Positions 26,901-41,900 of a stretch of 64,000 nt of DNA are shown here, in pieces (positions within the stretch are counted from its first letter, which is position 1; each line of letters opens with the position of its first letter). Made by a program: the position numbers and the translations under genes. The DNA comes from Fimbriosthenelais zetlandica (lineage: Eukaryota): the NCBI GenBank assembly GCA_977030845.1, contig OZ365110.1, forward strand, positions 28,086,001 to 28,150,000, in the 5' to 3' direction. The notes below the pieces were generated by a model that was given only the letters and a program-made list of their open reading frames with translations, did not search any database and was not told where the DNA came from.

Positions 26901-29900
26901 GAAGATATACATGGCATAGTGGGCGGTGCAGAAACACGAAATATACTGCACACGACACATGAGAACCTAGTGCAACGATCCGCACATTTCATTTCCCTTT
27001 TCAAACTCGGATGGCAGAAATTATTTTCAGAATATGAACCCAGACCCCATAAATCATAAATGGTATTTTTTATTATGAAAAATTCCCTCCTACTTTGAAG
27101 GATACACCTACAGCAAAACACATCAGGAGCAAATAGTTGGACAGAATGAAACTTCCACTTCATACTAACAAAGTAAGACAGAGTGAGGCTATGTGGAATT
27201 CCAAATATTCACTTTATTTAGTCCACCAGCATCTTTGAGTGGAGGTAGAGGTGGGGGGGTGGGGGGGGGGGGGTGCATATTGAACCAGGCAGAGTGTAGA
27301 AGTAGAAAGAACACACTCAATGTTATTTGTGTACATTTACCACTGCCCTTTCCCCCACCCCTCGCCCATTTTGGCCTCAGCCCATGAGGACTTGACACAA
27401 TTCCAATGTGGCAAATCTCCAGGTTCTCCCTGGAATAAAAACTTCCACCCATTATCACAAGTACTTGTAGTGGGGGAGGGCCTCCTCAGTTGCTGTAGTT
27501 ACCGATGATACACCAGGTGGCAACACTGAGGCCATGTGAGTCACTGAGAGCAGACCAGATGGCGCTGGTAGCAGCCATCAGGTCCTAAGATCACACACCT
27601 CCAGGGCACTGGCTTCCAACACATACAAATACAAGAGCAACTCCATAACCTTTTCGTCTTTCTTTTTAGCTGCTCAATCCATAAACGATTGTATCGTAGG
27701 AAGCTCGGAGGAAGTCACCCATGAAGCAAATGATCCTGAAAACCCCAGATTTAAACCTTAGGTAACCATTAGGCATATGTCATTTTAGAAATATATATAT
27801 ATTCGACTTATATCGGAGCTAATGCATAGATCTGTGCGACCTATGACCGGAAAATTAATTAAGATATTTGACATGCACACACATTGAATAGCGGCAGATA
27901 TTGAATCCTCTTCATGGAATGGTCAATTTAAGCGAAAGTTCTACATCAATATCATGAGTTGGAATAATCAACTTTTCTAAAAATAAACATGACATAGTAT
28001 AAGTGATATTGATATCTACCAGAAGCTACTGACTGTCAAATTATTCTGAACATGATCATACATTAAACAGCAACGATATTTTAACTATATGCCTGCCACT
28101 GTTTTAATTGAAGTAATGTAATATTTTCATGTCCCCTTCACCACAGTGGATCATAATTTCTATCGATTATCTGATCTATACATATGGAAAATTACATTAC
28201 CCGAAACTTAACTCAGCAGGCGGATGGGGCAGGGTATATAGTCATCTTAATTTATTTGCGTAGAGAAGCATGGATTGACAACTGAATGTATTCATGAACA
28301 ACTACATTATTTACTTTTATTAAACATTTGTTGTCCAAAAATTATGTGTCGATTTAATTTCTTGTTTTAGATTATGCTTTTATATCATTTTATCATGGTT
28401 GGTTTCTTGATAGTGAATGAGAAACTGGTACAATTGAGCCATAAAGTGTAGAGTGACACCATGTGATAAATAAATGTGTGTGGGTGGCTAAGCAAGGCAG
28501 TGTAGACGGATAAATAAGATGCTTTATCATCATATCACAAACAGAATAAAGATAGCAAAAACAGGAGCAACTGACCCGAATTGTGAGTCCTCCCTCCCCC
28601 TCATGACATTTCTCATTCTACAGACTTTTGACTACATAAATCTATACTTAAGACTGGATTATGTTTATGAAAATCAGTGCTGTGCAATCAAAAGAATCAA
28701 ATCCCCACAATACATTGTTATGTTATTTAATGCCTTTGGAATGAGCTTGCAAAAATAAGATTACAAAAACAAGTTCTGGCAATAATAGGCTTACCAAGAT
28801 AGATTTTCCCTAACAAAAGAGCAAGTACAAGGAAAGACCGATGCCAAGCGAAAAAGAAATATTAAATTAAAATTAATAATACCTCACTGACAAGAAATCT
28901 ATGTCTGAAATTACAAGAAACTTTTTTCCTCACAGTTATGTCATGAGTAAAAGTCTGACTAACAAGGTATACAGATACTATGTCAACCTGTTCTCAGGGC
29001 AGACATCTACAGATTGAACATGGAGAGCCTTTGATGTACCTTCAACCTGTGACTATAATTATATAGTACAAGGCCTTTAGCGGAGAAAAATCACACAAAA
29101 ATACAGATGAATGACACCAATGTTGGCTGCAAACTAAATGGGAGTGAGACCATCTGGTGAAGGACCTATTAATATACTCTTGACGAGAATCACTCAGGTG
29201 GTCACAGCCATTTAAAGACCACGGGGACACTGTTTAGAGTGCAATACCAGCTGTTGTCAGTAGAAAACCGAAAAGGATTGATATACATGTATGGGACAAA
29301 ATTACACAGTCTTGACTCCATAAAACTGTAATAATGAGTGACAGATAAACTGTAAGAGTGTCTTACAAAAAGTGCAGGAATTATTGGCCCCATGAAATAC
29401 CACTTTTCTCTTTTTCTCCCAAGACCAATTTACTTTAATTATCTTTACTTGTTGAATAACCACCATAGAAATATGACTTCCTTGTTTCTATGGTAACACT
29501 AACAGGACAATGGACAGTTATAACCATAGCCAATCTGACACCCATCATTATCACAGCCATTGTTTTCTCCCACTCTCTGAGGTCAAATGCTAGAGGTTAA
29601 TGCGATGGCGGGAGGTGGGGTGGGGGGACTTGAGAATGGGCATCATGATCATAGAACAAATCAGGTCAGACCCACCTGGCGTCCTTTGCGAGTAACAGAT
29701 GAGTCAATGAAGTCCAAAAAACAGCAATATTTCAAGGCCATGTCATTCTATAGGGGAGGGGCTGAGATACGGTCCTTTGTTTCAGGAAGTGATTAATCAT
29801 TAATGGTTTGTGCTGACTGATTCTCTACTCTATAGCACAGTCATGATCTATCATTGTCATATCAGGTAGTTTTAGGCAAGTACCAAAAGTGTAAAATTAG

Positions 29901-32900
29901 TAACGTTACTGTTGTTAATCGAAGACAATTCCTAATTCATATCTGACAGATAGCAGATCTGGCGAAGAATGGCCAGGCCAAGTTTGGAGACCGTCTATTA
30001 TCTGGGATTATTGATCAATTATCGGGGATTTTACTAGCTAATCCATACCAAAATATAGATAATCTAATCCCAGTGATAAGCACACAAAGAACAAGACAAA
30101 TTCCAAACAGATAGATTGTACCCTCTGGCCTCTCTGTGGAAAGAACACTTTCAATGACCAGTACCAATACTAGTTTCATTTTCTGCTGTATTATGTATTC
30201 ATATTAGTACTGAAATCAAGGTTCCGTTATAATATGTACTTTTAATACTGATACGTGTATGGAGGGGCACTAATCATTGGCGAATAACCTTAATCCCAGG
30301 TGCATTAAGTAACATTTATTATTCTAAAGGATAAGAAAATACTGTCTCGAACTTCAATGGCAGTCCAATACCATCTCAGGTTTTTGAAATACATGTAAGC
30401 CTTTTCAACTCAACCCAGTGCTGGATTTATACGATTGCGGGAGTTCAAAGAGAAAAATACGATATATCTTCAGACAGTCACATTATATCACATGAAGGCT
30501 GTATTTCAACGCCTAGAACATTTGCCAATCACGCCTTCAGGTCATTTACCACTTGTTTGCCCAGGCCTGGATAAACCACAATATCCTGGGCGTCCCTTTA
30601 ATGATCCCAGTTTGTAGTGTATCAACCTTGGCAGAGGGATGGTCATAAGAGAAGCTGTGAGGAGCCAAACTTATGAATAGCTTTTGTCCAAATGACACAT
30701 TCAGTGTGTGGACACTGTGTGGTGTTGCATGAGAATAAACCTATTGTATAAACAGCCATAGGTTATATCAAAACGAAATTTATGATTGATATATTTTTTA
30801 ACTACTTGGTTGAGAAAGCACTGATTGTTAATTGCACTTAACAACTCAGAAATTGTCTCATGAAAATTTCCAAGCAGCCATCTATAGAAGGGAATGATTA
30901 TTGCAAAAGTGTTCTGTAATATTTACTAGTGAGAAGGTCACTTTAATGAACTTCTTTGGTGAATTTTCAGTACAGTCAGCAACTTGTTGGACTTCTTACA
31001 GAACTAACAGAGCTGAGAAGGTTTGGGACAGAGATAGTCCCTTCAAAGAGAGGGAGCAAGATAAGTAAGGTGGCTGTTTTTAAATGCAATTTAGATCACA
31101 ATAAAAAGAGAGGGCATCTTGAAAAGCATGGAAAACCTGGGAGATGAAAATGGAGATGCGGATGGGGAACAGGAGAGGCCAGATGAGGGCTTATCTGGGC
31201 GATGAGGGGAGTCCATTAGACACACATGTTAAAGGTATATACATGTATATAAACCTGGGCGACCTGGTGAGTTTCATATAAATTAAGACAGGCAGGAGGG
31301 GGATGTAGGACCTATACATACTGAGTGGAGAGGCACTGAAGAGATCCAAGATTTGGAAAAGGGAATAGGTCAATGGGTTAAGAAAGTGTGGGGGTAGGGA
31401 CTGGGTAGATTGGATGGGTAATGGGTTGAGGGTTGTAGGGTGGAAAGAGGGATTGAACAGCAGTCCCGAGAGGATTATCATCTAGGATGGGGTGGAGAAG
31501 TGTTTACATTTGGGTGGGTCAGGGGAGGGGGGAGGGCGGTGAGGAAACTGGCGGGGGCCGGGGGATTTTCAAGAGGAACCGGCCAAAGATACGGAATGGA
31601 TGAGCGTTTGTCCCATGTGGTTCTTCAAGATTGCATGTAATAGGTAACAGATATATATGCTTCCTGTAAAATGTGAAGATATGTACAGCACACTGATTGC
31701 TGCATGAACATAAAATATGATGAAGCATCATAAAGACAAGGTTCATTGGGTGAAAATAGCTGGTGTTAAGATTGTATCTTCTGTACTTGAGGTGCAAACG
31801 CAGAATTTTAGAGGTTTTAATCTTCTCACACCTTCAGGCCATTCGTCTACGTTGGCATGTGTATTGAAATGGTGTAATGAAATGAGCCATTTCCTAAGTA
31901 CCTCAAGTTCATAAAATAAATTTGCAAATTTCCAACAAAAGTGGAAATATAAAGGGTTTGTTTCACATGAACTGACAAGGCAAAAGGAAAATGAAGTGTT
32001 CCTCCTAAAACCTAAGGTCAATATCCTATACACACTCTGCTAAAGGCTAACTTTTCTGTAAGTTTCCTCTCCTTTATGATACTTTTGTACATGTATAGTG
32101 TAAAATAGCTATCTTTCTGAAGCAAAAGAAGAAAGGATCTACAACTGTAAAAGCTAGTCAGAAAATACTCTTTGTATGTTTCCATAGGGGAGAAAATGAA
32201 GCTCACTGGTGGAGTGTGCTAGCATGTACAGAAGACATGTCTTGAATTCAATTTCTGGCTAAAATCTCAGGTCATTGTAGCAAGTGATGGGGAAGGGGTG
32301 AAGGTAGGGGTAATCAGTGAAGCATAGTTTAAGGTAGAGGGTGGGTTGCTTGTGTATTACCTGGAGAATGGACAAGAGGACCGGTCAAACTTGAATGAGT
32401 ATGCTTTACAAAAATGAAAAGTGTTTGCTATAAAAGGCGGTTCAAACAAGTGCACTGGTTAAAGGAAATTTAGGGTGTATAGAAATTTACGGGACATCCA
32501 CAGCTGGAAAAGTCCCTCCAGCTTTTATGGAAATTAAATAGTTTTATTTAAAGAAATATGAAGTGACAACAGCAAAAAAAGCTCTAGTTCCCATCTAACA
32601 AGAATAACATTGGAGGGAAAGCTTCCAATCTTGAGGCTGGAGGCAGGGTGCCATTTCTCATTACTTTTTCTCAAAAATTTAGGATTTAAGTAATGACATA
32701 ATGTAGTTCCCTTTCCTCCAAGAGTCACTTCAAAGCTTCTAATTCTGACGATCCACTTGGTAGCTATCTGGGCGCCCTTGTGCTTCATGCACTAAAGTAG
32801 GCGAAGGGCCAATAGGTTCTGACCCAGAAGAGGATGTTCACACACAGACAATCTATAATGGATGCCCAAGGTAGTATGACTACTATCCTGATTTCAAAAT

Positions 32901-35900
32901 GGTATTATTAAATGAACTTCAAGGTTAATTTAGAGACAGGATTACATAGATTCGACTTAGGAATATGCACTGCAATGGTATAATTATTTTCCATTTAATA
33001 CCTTTATAATGGCTCTTTCTTTCCCGTTAGCACATCGTCTTTATTATTAGATCAGGCAATAATTAGAAGAAATGGCAATGGAACCTGTATGGCAACCAGC
33101 ATTTTACACTATATTCAATTAACTTCAGAGGACAAAATCGCTTGATCTAAATTCGTTATGCTCGTCCATGAAAGAGGAGGCTTTATGTGGCGATTATTAC
33201 ACAAACTGTTTCATCTTCAAGCTGGTTATGCCCTACTTAGTAACTGTTTGAATGCCCTCACTATACAGACGAGCTAAACTCTTAAATTCTGAAACTAAAT
33301 TCCTTTCATCTGTATTAATTTATCACCAGGTCAATTTATTCTATGCAACACTGCTGATCCACCAATTCTCACACCGGATCAATTCAGGAAATATTAAATC
33401 GATGTATTTCAATAAACGGGTTTTCCCTATTGAGACCTGGTTACACTCCAATACCTAAACAAAAGGAGCTCCAGTGATAAAAGAGTGGAAAATTAATGAG
33501 TAGATTTCACACATATATTACCGCATGGTATAGCTTAATGTCCTCAGACTGCAGCTCTACTCGCCCACACATGGCGTGGGCTGGCGTGTGTTAGTACAGG
33601 ATCCAATAATCAGAGCGTTACATATAAAATACCCTACATACTATATAGTCATATAAGAGGGTCATAATATGCTAGAATACTTCCATAATATTTATTGTAG
33701 AAGGGTACCGGTAGTAGAATGGGCCCACAGGTCCCTACCAAACATTTGAAATAATGTCTTCACGACATATTCCAAAATGGGGGTCCTGAAGACAAGCGAA
33801 GGGACCGTCTGTAAATTTGCTACAGGTAAACTCCCCGAATACAGGTCTATCGATAACTTAAAAAAAGGTTTGGTTTGGTCTCACTCTGAAAATGTTTACC
33901 CCACAGTAGATGGAAATACATCAAGTGTGCATTGTTTCAAACTTGAAAGTCATGATCAATGAAAATCAAATTAGCGATAACAATACAGTGATATGACTTT
34001 CTATATATAACGGTTCTTCATTTCGAGTAGACCAGACCCTTTATCTGTGGACAGTAAATAATGAATGGATCAACATGACTTTTTAATGGAGTACTTTCTC
34101 AGCAGGTTAAAAATGAAAGGTGTATGAGAAGGCGGCAGGTATATAGAAGGAAAGTGTGTACTGCTGGGCCCTCCTGGAGGGAGACATTTTATTAGCCGGA
34201 TTCTATCACAGCTAAAGCATCCTGGAGGAATTCCTACTGGGCTGAGATCAGACCCTGCCAGGATGGAGACGGACCCGTATCCACATGCCTCTATGAATGA
34301 AGAATGGGAAAGTTTGGAGGGGGTCAGGTATGATACATCATAGGTTCCATGTTAGGGAAGTAAAATACTGAGGTTTAGGGTTGCATGTCCTATCTAGAGG
34401 AGGAGCAATGTTCAGCAAAACATCAGTCCCAGAATACGGTAGTCTGACATACATGGAACAAATTGGGGTGTGATGGTACCATTACAGCAATGCTCTTTTA
34501 TTGTTTGAACAGAATTAGAAATATGGAGGAAAAAAATCAGAAATGTGGACTCTTTCAAGCATACTAAATATTGCAGTGAGAATTGGTAAATAACAATATT
34601 GGTTGTGTAGATATGATTAAGCCCATTTACAGAGAAAACTATCCTGAAATGAACTACGCATGCCCCAAAAGCGTCCCGGAGAGAGCGGAATGGGGATGCA
34701 GAGAGAATGGGGTTGTTCTTCAAACGGATTCAAGGTCTGCAAAAAATAGTTGAGCATCTCTTCACCCACTGACATCTCAGTAACATACCTGAGAGGTGAA
34801 ATCTATACCATTTGCCAGTGTTCAGGTCAGGGCAGGGAAAGAATAAACAACTTGACGAAGTAAACTTTTTATTGATATAAAACAGTGAGATAAGAATGGC
34901 TTCTAATAAGCTGGTAGAAAGAGTATGAAACCAGGTTGGGCGGGAAGAAGATTCATATAGACTGAGATAAGAGCAGCTGCAATGCAAGGGTGCCAAGTCC
35001 TCATATATTGGTATAAGCAAAAAAATTGTCCACTTCTGAAGAGTACATTGCTTCACTAAATTGCAAAGGTATTCATTTTCAAAGACCTGTTCGACAATAT
35101 GAGAAAACCATCTGTCAACTTAAGTGGGAAAAATCCATGTATCATATCATTTTCCGGGATAAATACGGCGTGGATAAATAACTACTTGGGTCTCCATTCC
35201 CATATTTCATCCACTGAATTGTGAGGGCGAGCTTGGATACGAAGCTGAGGTTATAAAACCCAGCTTGTCTTAAATTAGCACTAACAACTGGGCCCCTTGA
35301 AGATGCTTTCAAATGATAGGTTGGTGCGCAATATAGGAAGCCCGTGAAAAATGACTGAAGGGTGCAGAGCTAGGGCAAGGGTCATACTTGTATTGTTGTT
35401 TTTAGCCAACAAATATTCCTGTCAAACAGAAAATAGGAAAATTCATCCAATTTCCTGCTACTGTTAAGTGGTTAAAATCAGAGGAAATCATTTGGCAAAG
35501 ATTTTAAGCAGATTGCCCATGATTTACTCAATGAGCAACGGTAAAGAAAATCACATACCAATAGAGTAAAATCTTCTTTAGCGATTAATTTTATTACAAT
35601 TTAGAGACAGGTATGGTAACCAAGTAGGATGGTCCCAAATTGCGTCACAGTTTATATGCACGGCTATCAAGGAATGGTATTGAAGTGTTGCCAATCAAAA
35701 TTAATCATTTCAACAAAATCTGTGCACTAACAACATAAATGTGATACTATTTTTCTGAGTTTTTCTCTAAAAGGATTGGCGGTACTAATGTAAAATAAAT
35801 GAGATAATGCTTTCAGACATAGGCATTATCATTCCTAACATAGAGTAAATGCAATGTGTCTGCAGGAGGTTTGGACAGAGAAGTCAAGGAAGGGAGGCAC

Positions 35901-38900
35901 GTTGGTGTTACATTTCCACCTACAAGATGAGTTTTTTTTTTACATTCCAGGACCCTTCCTTTCTGCTTTCATTTTTATTGAGCCAATATCATCATTCTTC
36001 ACGCGCTAGGCAGTTCCATCTCTGAATTTCCAACTTTTTCCCCGTTACAATTTCTAGCAATTTAGGCCGGTTAAGTGAGGTAGAACTGGGACAGGTGATG
36101 AAGAAAATGTATGAATGCATAGCCATAGACCAAATACTAGAACAGGCCTCATCGTTTCCACGACATACATATAAATCGCAGTGAATCACTTTGAGAGACT
36201 TTATAGACTGATACATGGAAAGTGACAGGCTTACCGAGTATCAAAGGAGAGCAGAGGCGGACCGTGAAAAGGTACGGCTTCTAGCAGGTGAAGAAGTGCG
36301 AATAGAGGGGAATGACAGGCAGGTTGACTAGTCTGACATGAGTCAAGTATTGTAGCATATATCCAAGTCTACCGGGGAAAAAGGCTACATTCATAGAGAA
36401 TAGATGTGATAGCCTATCATAGGTGTAAAATACCCATCAGATGAAATCAATACCTAAAATATTTATTATATTATGTATAATTTAAACATGGTTAAAATCA
36501 TTTAATGGGTGTTGTACAATGTATTGTCATTGATGTGATTACAATTGATATAAGGATTTGAGAATCAGGGTATAGTGATTTTTAGAATTAAGAAAAAATG
36601 GTAATGCGTTCATCGAAGGATAATACTAAAATCAGGGTAAAATATTTGCCACCAAAAATACCATTTACTGTAGACAGAATGAATGTGCTGCTATTTTAAT
36701 CAGGAGAGAAAGGGATCCATACATTATAAGACAAATGGTGAAGTTAGAGGTGAGTTTAGTGTTGGATGGCCTTTGTATGGAGGGGAGCTCTTCTTACCTC
36801 CAACTGATCCTAGAGGATTAATAAATCAAGGTAAAACAAGGCTCACCCAGGAGATGGAGGAGGAGGAGGGAGGGGGAGAGGGATGGGGAGATGGGGACGG
36901 TAGAGAGGGGGAGAAGGGAGGGGAGGGGAGGGGGAAGTTGGGGCGTGGGATACAGCATCATGCATGGAACCTGTTCAAAACACAATGCTAGAGCTATCTA
37001 GAGCTGCAGGAGGAGTAGAAGGAGGTCAAGGGTATATAGGTCATACACATGTTCCTCTGTTTATAAATATATACATGTTTAACATGCATGCTTAGGAGCT
37101 TATCAGATTAAAAATGGTGACAGGGATGGGCAACTCAGTCTGTTTTGCCCCTTTTGACCCATTTTCATGTACCCAAACATAAATGCACCTTGATCTCACA
37201 AGGGCTTCAAATTATTGGTAAAATGATGCATCAATATTTCTGTAACTGGAAGGACAATTTATAGGCACATTTATATATATCACACACGACGAAGAGAGGA
37301 AGGAGACATATGATGGGAGAGGAAGGCAGGGTGGTGGAGGGCGTGGGTGGTGGAGGATGGTTGATCTTACCCGGACATACCGGGGGTGGGGTGGGGAGGG
37401 AGGAATGGCTGGGGGTTGGGGGCGGGGTGGGTCGGGGGGGGGGGGGCAGGTCAGAGGTGAGAGATCAGCGCCACCTGGACGTAAGAACACGCCCCCAGGT
37501 TTAGGTGGCCCACTTTAACCAACAGAGGGTGCCCCGACAACTTCCTTCAGATCATCATTCATGATGTCTATTGGGTTTTCTGGCATCATTGTTTTTGGAT
37601 CACGAAGTTGATATATGGCCAAGCCTCCACTGATAATGATATACTTCAGTAGAGACGGTCACACTGAACCGTCTGATGACGAAAAAATCTTATTTCATTG
37701 AGTTGATAAACAATTATTACTGGGATGGGCAAATGATAATAATCATACCTACGTGAGAAGATATTTCTGATTCGATAGAAATATACAGGAGTTACATATT
37801 CCCATGTGATAGCGTACACAAGTTTTATTAGTTCTTGCAAATCCAATACATTTTAAAGACGAGATAGAATATCCTGTTACATCTTTGACCATCCATCATC
37901 CTACCAATATAAATGACAAGGTAGTCAACCATAAACACCCACCCACATAAAGTTGTTCTTTTATAACACAAACTCGTAAAAATCTATCCAGTTTCAGCTC
38001 ACAAACTCACCATCCCGAATATATGTAGAGAGGCGTGGACCAATAAAGCATTGTTCAAACAGAGAGATGGAAACAATGGTTGCCAGGGGATGGGGAGTGT
38101 GGGAATATGAGTATATTGTTATTGGTAAGGGGCCAGGGTTGGATGGATGGAGGGGTTAGGTTCATGACATAAATACAGTACAGGACATCACAGAGTCAAG
38201 TCAGACATGTAACATACTCTCCAACCAATACAGTGCAATACTTCAAAGATTTTAAAATTACAGAAATTATTTTTGGTTGGAAGGAACTTCAAAGATTTAA
38301 TAAACTGAATGGAGGAAAAGACGGACAGATGTAGGACGCGACCAGTTGAAGAAAGTATTTCTAGGAATTCTGATTTCCACTAATTTATGGACTTGAAGAT
38401 TCATTGAAACCTGTGATAACTGTTTTCCGTGTTGTTTAGCAGATACACAAATGCCATTTTTAAATCGATAAATTATTAAATCAAATTCTTCCATTCCCTT
38501 CACGAGATAAAATATAAAAGAACATGTGCCATTTCTGGCGGAAAACGCAGTATACTAATCGCCTGGGGGATTCATCAAGTCACGCTACGGAGTCTGTTGT
38601 ATCAGCCATTTGAGGCCTGTCTAAACTTGAATGGATGATCGATATACATGTATGTAGGTATTAGTTAATGGTCTTTTTATAACCAAGCATAGGAGTGGAA
38701 AAACAGGAGAAATCATGTATCCGCTAAATCGGGATATGCAGAAAACTGGGGGCAGTGAACACAACATAAACCGCGAATTTGACTTGCTATTGTCCCACTT
38801 GTGAAAGAAAAAAATGCTTGTATAAAAAAAAAATACCTGTAAAGCAGAACCCATCTTAGTACTCGAGTTGAGTATATTTAAACTGCTATAATTACTATGA

Positions 38901-41900
38901 CACTGTTAATCAAATAGGAGTTCGAATAACATGGGAAAGGTATGGAAATTGTGTCTGCAAGTCTATTCGACCTTAAATACTGACATATGAAGAGATTTAT
39001 GGGATCAAGCCTACGATCATACGTCACTGACTAAATAGCTTCTCTAGAGCAACATCATACGAACGAAGCATCATCATTGAACCCAGGTACAGTATGGAAT
39101 CAAGAGATTGAGAGCAATTATTTTAAACTTTATGAACTTAAAATTTCATGCGAGACAAATCATATGACACCCCCGGACCATCAATATTGGATTTTCACTA
39201 AAAATATTTAATAATTCACAAAAGTGAATAGACCATACATTTAAGAAAGTTGTCGACTATATTTACATTGGACAAAACCTACTTTAAGCAAGTAGAGAGA
39301 TGTAAGTTTAGGGTTGCTTGGGGAGAGCCCTGTATAGGCAGGGTGTATTCTCCAGGATCAAACTATGAATAGCGGAGTAGGGATCAAAGCGAGAATGGAT
39401 CCAACACATAGAACTCCTAAAACTGACCTTGTCAAAGGCAATAAAACCCTCATCCTGAGTCATTCTTCCTCCCTCTACCTCTCCCGCCTTTCTCTTTCTC
39501 CCTCTCCTTCCATCTATCTTCTTCCCTACCCATGTCTCCAGCCAAACAGGAGTTTTAATTTTGACATGATACATTGCCCAGTTCCTGTAATGCTACAAAT
39601 TGCTGATAATAACTCTATGCAAAAATGGGTTAGGTTAAAGAATTGTCCTTCACAAATTTAAAACCATGGGAAAACCAGCAACATCAGTCCAACTAAACGC
39701 TTTTCACACAGATCTTGAGCCTAAGGTGTCAAGAAAGCTTTGAGTGTCCGGACAAAGAGTCTTTCAACTTTTGCTAGATTTTTTTTATAACCTCTAAAGT
39801 TGCTTCCGCAGGCTTTGAAACATAAATCTTGAAAATGAAATGCTTATCAGGCATCTAAACGATATTATTTACTTTTAGTTTTAAATACCAGCTCCGCTTG
39901 TTACTTTAGGGAAAGTTCTCCAGGCTAACACTTAAAACATTGCTCCCTACCGATTCGTGAAATCCCAGAACGAAAGTAATCCTATTTCTAAAAATTAATA
40001 ATTTTATCTTCTTTAAACAAACACTAGCCCATATATATACTGGTCAGCCAATACATGATAAAATATGTATTTCACCTCTAGAGCCTATATTAATTTGTTT
40101 CTGTTCTGTGGAATTTAGAGCAGCAGAAAACAAATAGGAATTGGAGCTCCGGGATATGAATGAGTGAACACCACATTCTCTTCTGGTATTTTGTCCTATA
40201 TTTCGAGAGTAGAGCGGGTTCATGTTTGAAAATATGGTCCGGATTACTAGCTTGGTGCACAGACTATAAAGATTAATAACAGAGTATATAATCCCTGATA
40301 ATATTTACAACAAAAACACGCCTTATCACAAAACCCAAAACATCAAGTCTAAATAAATGGTACTGGACATAGACTTGAAATATATGTTCTAAGTCCATAT
40401 TAATTCTATCTAACACAGTCTTACGTAATACCACAGCATATATAAATGATATGTAATGGTTTGTCAAGGAGGGTATCTAAATATTAAGGAATCCCTCCAA
40501 CACGAGGGCAATGACATGTAGAATAGTGTAATCCTAAAAGAACTAGGTTAGGTTTATAGCAAAGGAAACCAGAGGGGGATTTTCACATTTTATACCAGGC
40601 GCATCTTTCCATTTAAAAGTACCGGTAATATAATTGAGAATGCGAACGTACAAAGCATGCCAGAGTCAAATTCAGGGGGATAAATAAAAGGGAATTGGCT
40701 CCCGTACATGTATTAACACAGGTTTCCTCGGCAAAATTAATTCTCCCTTCTTTAAAAGGAAGCATGTACTTCGCGAGACAAAAGTTAGGAGAAAAAACAA
40801 ACCCACCTTTGTCCATTCAGGTCACTCTGTGTAGACCACAATTAGCTAGTCATTAATGGCATTCCAGCCAGTCTGGGAGGCTTATACAAGCAACAGTTCT
40901 GCTTAATAAAAACCTGTTAATTGGGGTATGGCTATAAACAGACTGGGGAGGGTAATCGGGAATGCCTGATATTATTCTTCGGGTAAGCCTTATATAGCCC
41001 TAGTCCGGGTCCAGGACCCGGCTAGGTATAAAATTAGACTCCCCAACAAAGTAGTGGATTCCAAGTGGGAGATAAGATCGACTATTGGGTGGTACTCCCG
41101 CCTCCATTAACAGCGGAATAATAGACTGTTTATCACCAACGCCAACTACTGGTATTATCATCTTTCCAAACATTCACACATGTTTAATCTACATATCTCG
41201 CTTGGTTAAGTTATAAGATTTTAAAGCATTAATGCAGTCTGCTGTATCTTCTGCATCATATTTAACTGTGGCAAGATCCTTCGAGAGAGAACATAGATAT
41301 CAAGGTCCCTCTTAAATCTTTCCACCCTTTAAACCGGTAAAAAAAAACTTTCAGTAAAGTGCAAGAGTATACATCTTTTCACTACGTTATCTACGAGTAA
41401 GAAAAGTAAAATACGATTTGCAGACCTCCCATGGAATGATCTACTTCCGACAGATTCTCATTTCCAATGCCCTCCATCACCTTCATTCCAACCCTGCTAT
41501 GGGATTCAGGAAGGAACTGAAATTCTTTGCGAGATATTCTTGGAGTCAGATCCATAATCACCAACTAAAATAACACTCCTGTGTTCTAACAAGACTTCCT
41601 CTCACTGTTTTTCTTTGCTTCTTTATTACTCTCTCGTTTCAATCACATTTAAATAAACAGTGATTAGCCAAGGGACGATGGGAGAGAAGTAAATCCATGA
41701 CTTGGTGAAAGACACTGAATGTATGGAGTTAATTCAAAGAAAGTGCCACGCCCGCCAACGGGCAAAGAGGGAAGGTGTGAGGGGGTATTAAAATGACAAT
41801 GGAAGGAAATAATTATTCAGTAGCACTGGAACTCCTTTAAAACATATAGAAGAATTGTATGGTACCTGTTCCATAAAATATAAATTTCTCAGAAAAAAAA

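Noticed and set aside
34412-35119. Minus-strand frame of about 236 codons with only one TGA (ORFs 34730-35056 and 34412-34723), including a strong donor at about 34789
   Set aside because: No ATG before the donor. F/L/I/S/C-rich composition is typical of the pyrimidine-rich non-coding strand, and no recognisable motifs are present. Could at most be a UTR or cassette exon.
36182-36500. Selenoprotein reading of the two in-frame TGAs
   Set aside because: No SECIS-like ATGA..AA..GA stem seen downstream, and no Cys/Sec redox motif context.
38807-38854. MGSALQ|GTATTT as a myristoylated alternative first exon
   Set aside because: The phase-0 donor does not fit phase-1 exon 3, and there is no Ser/Thr at position 6.
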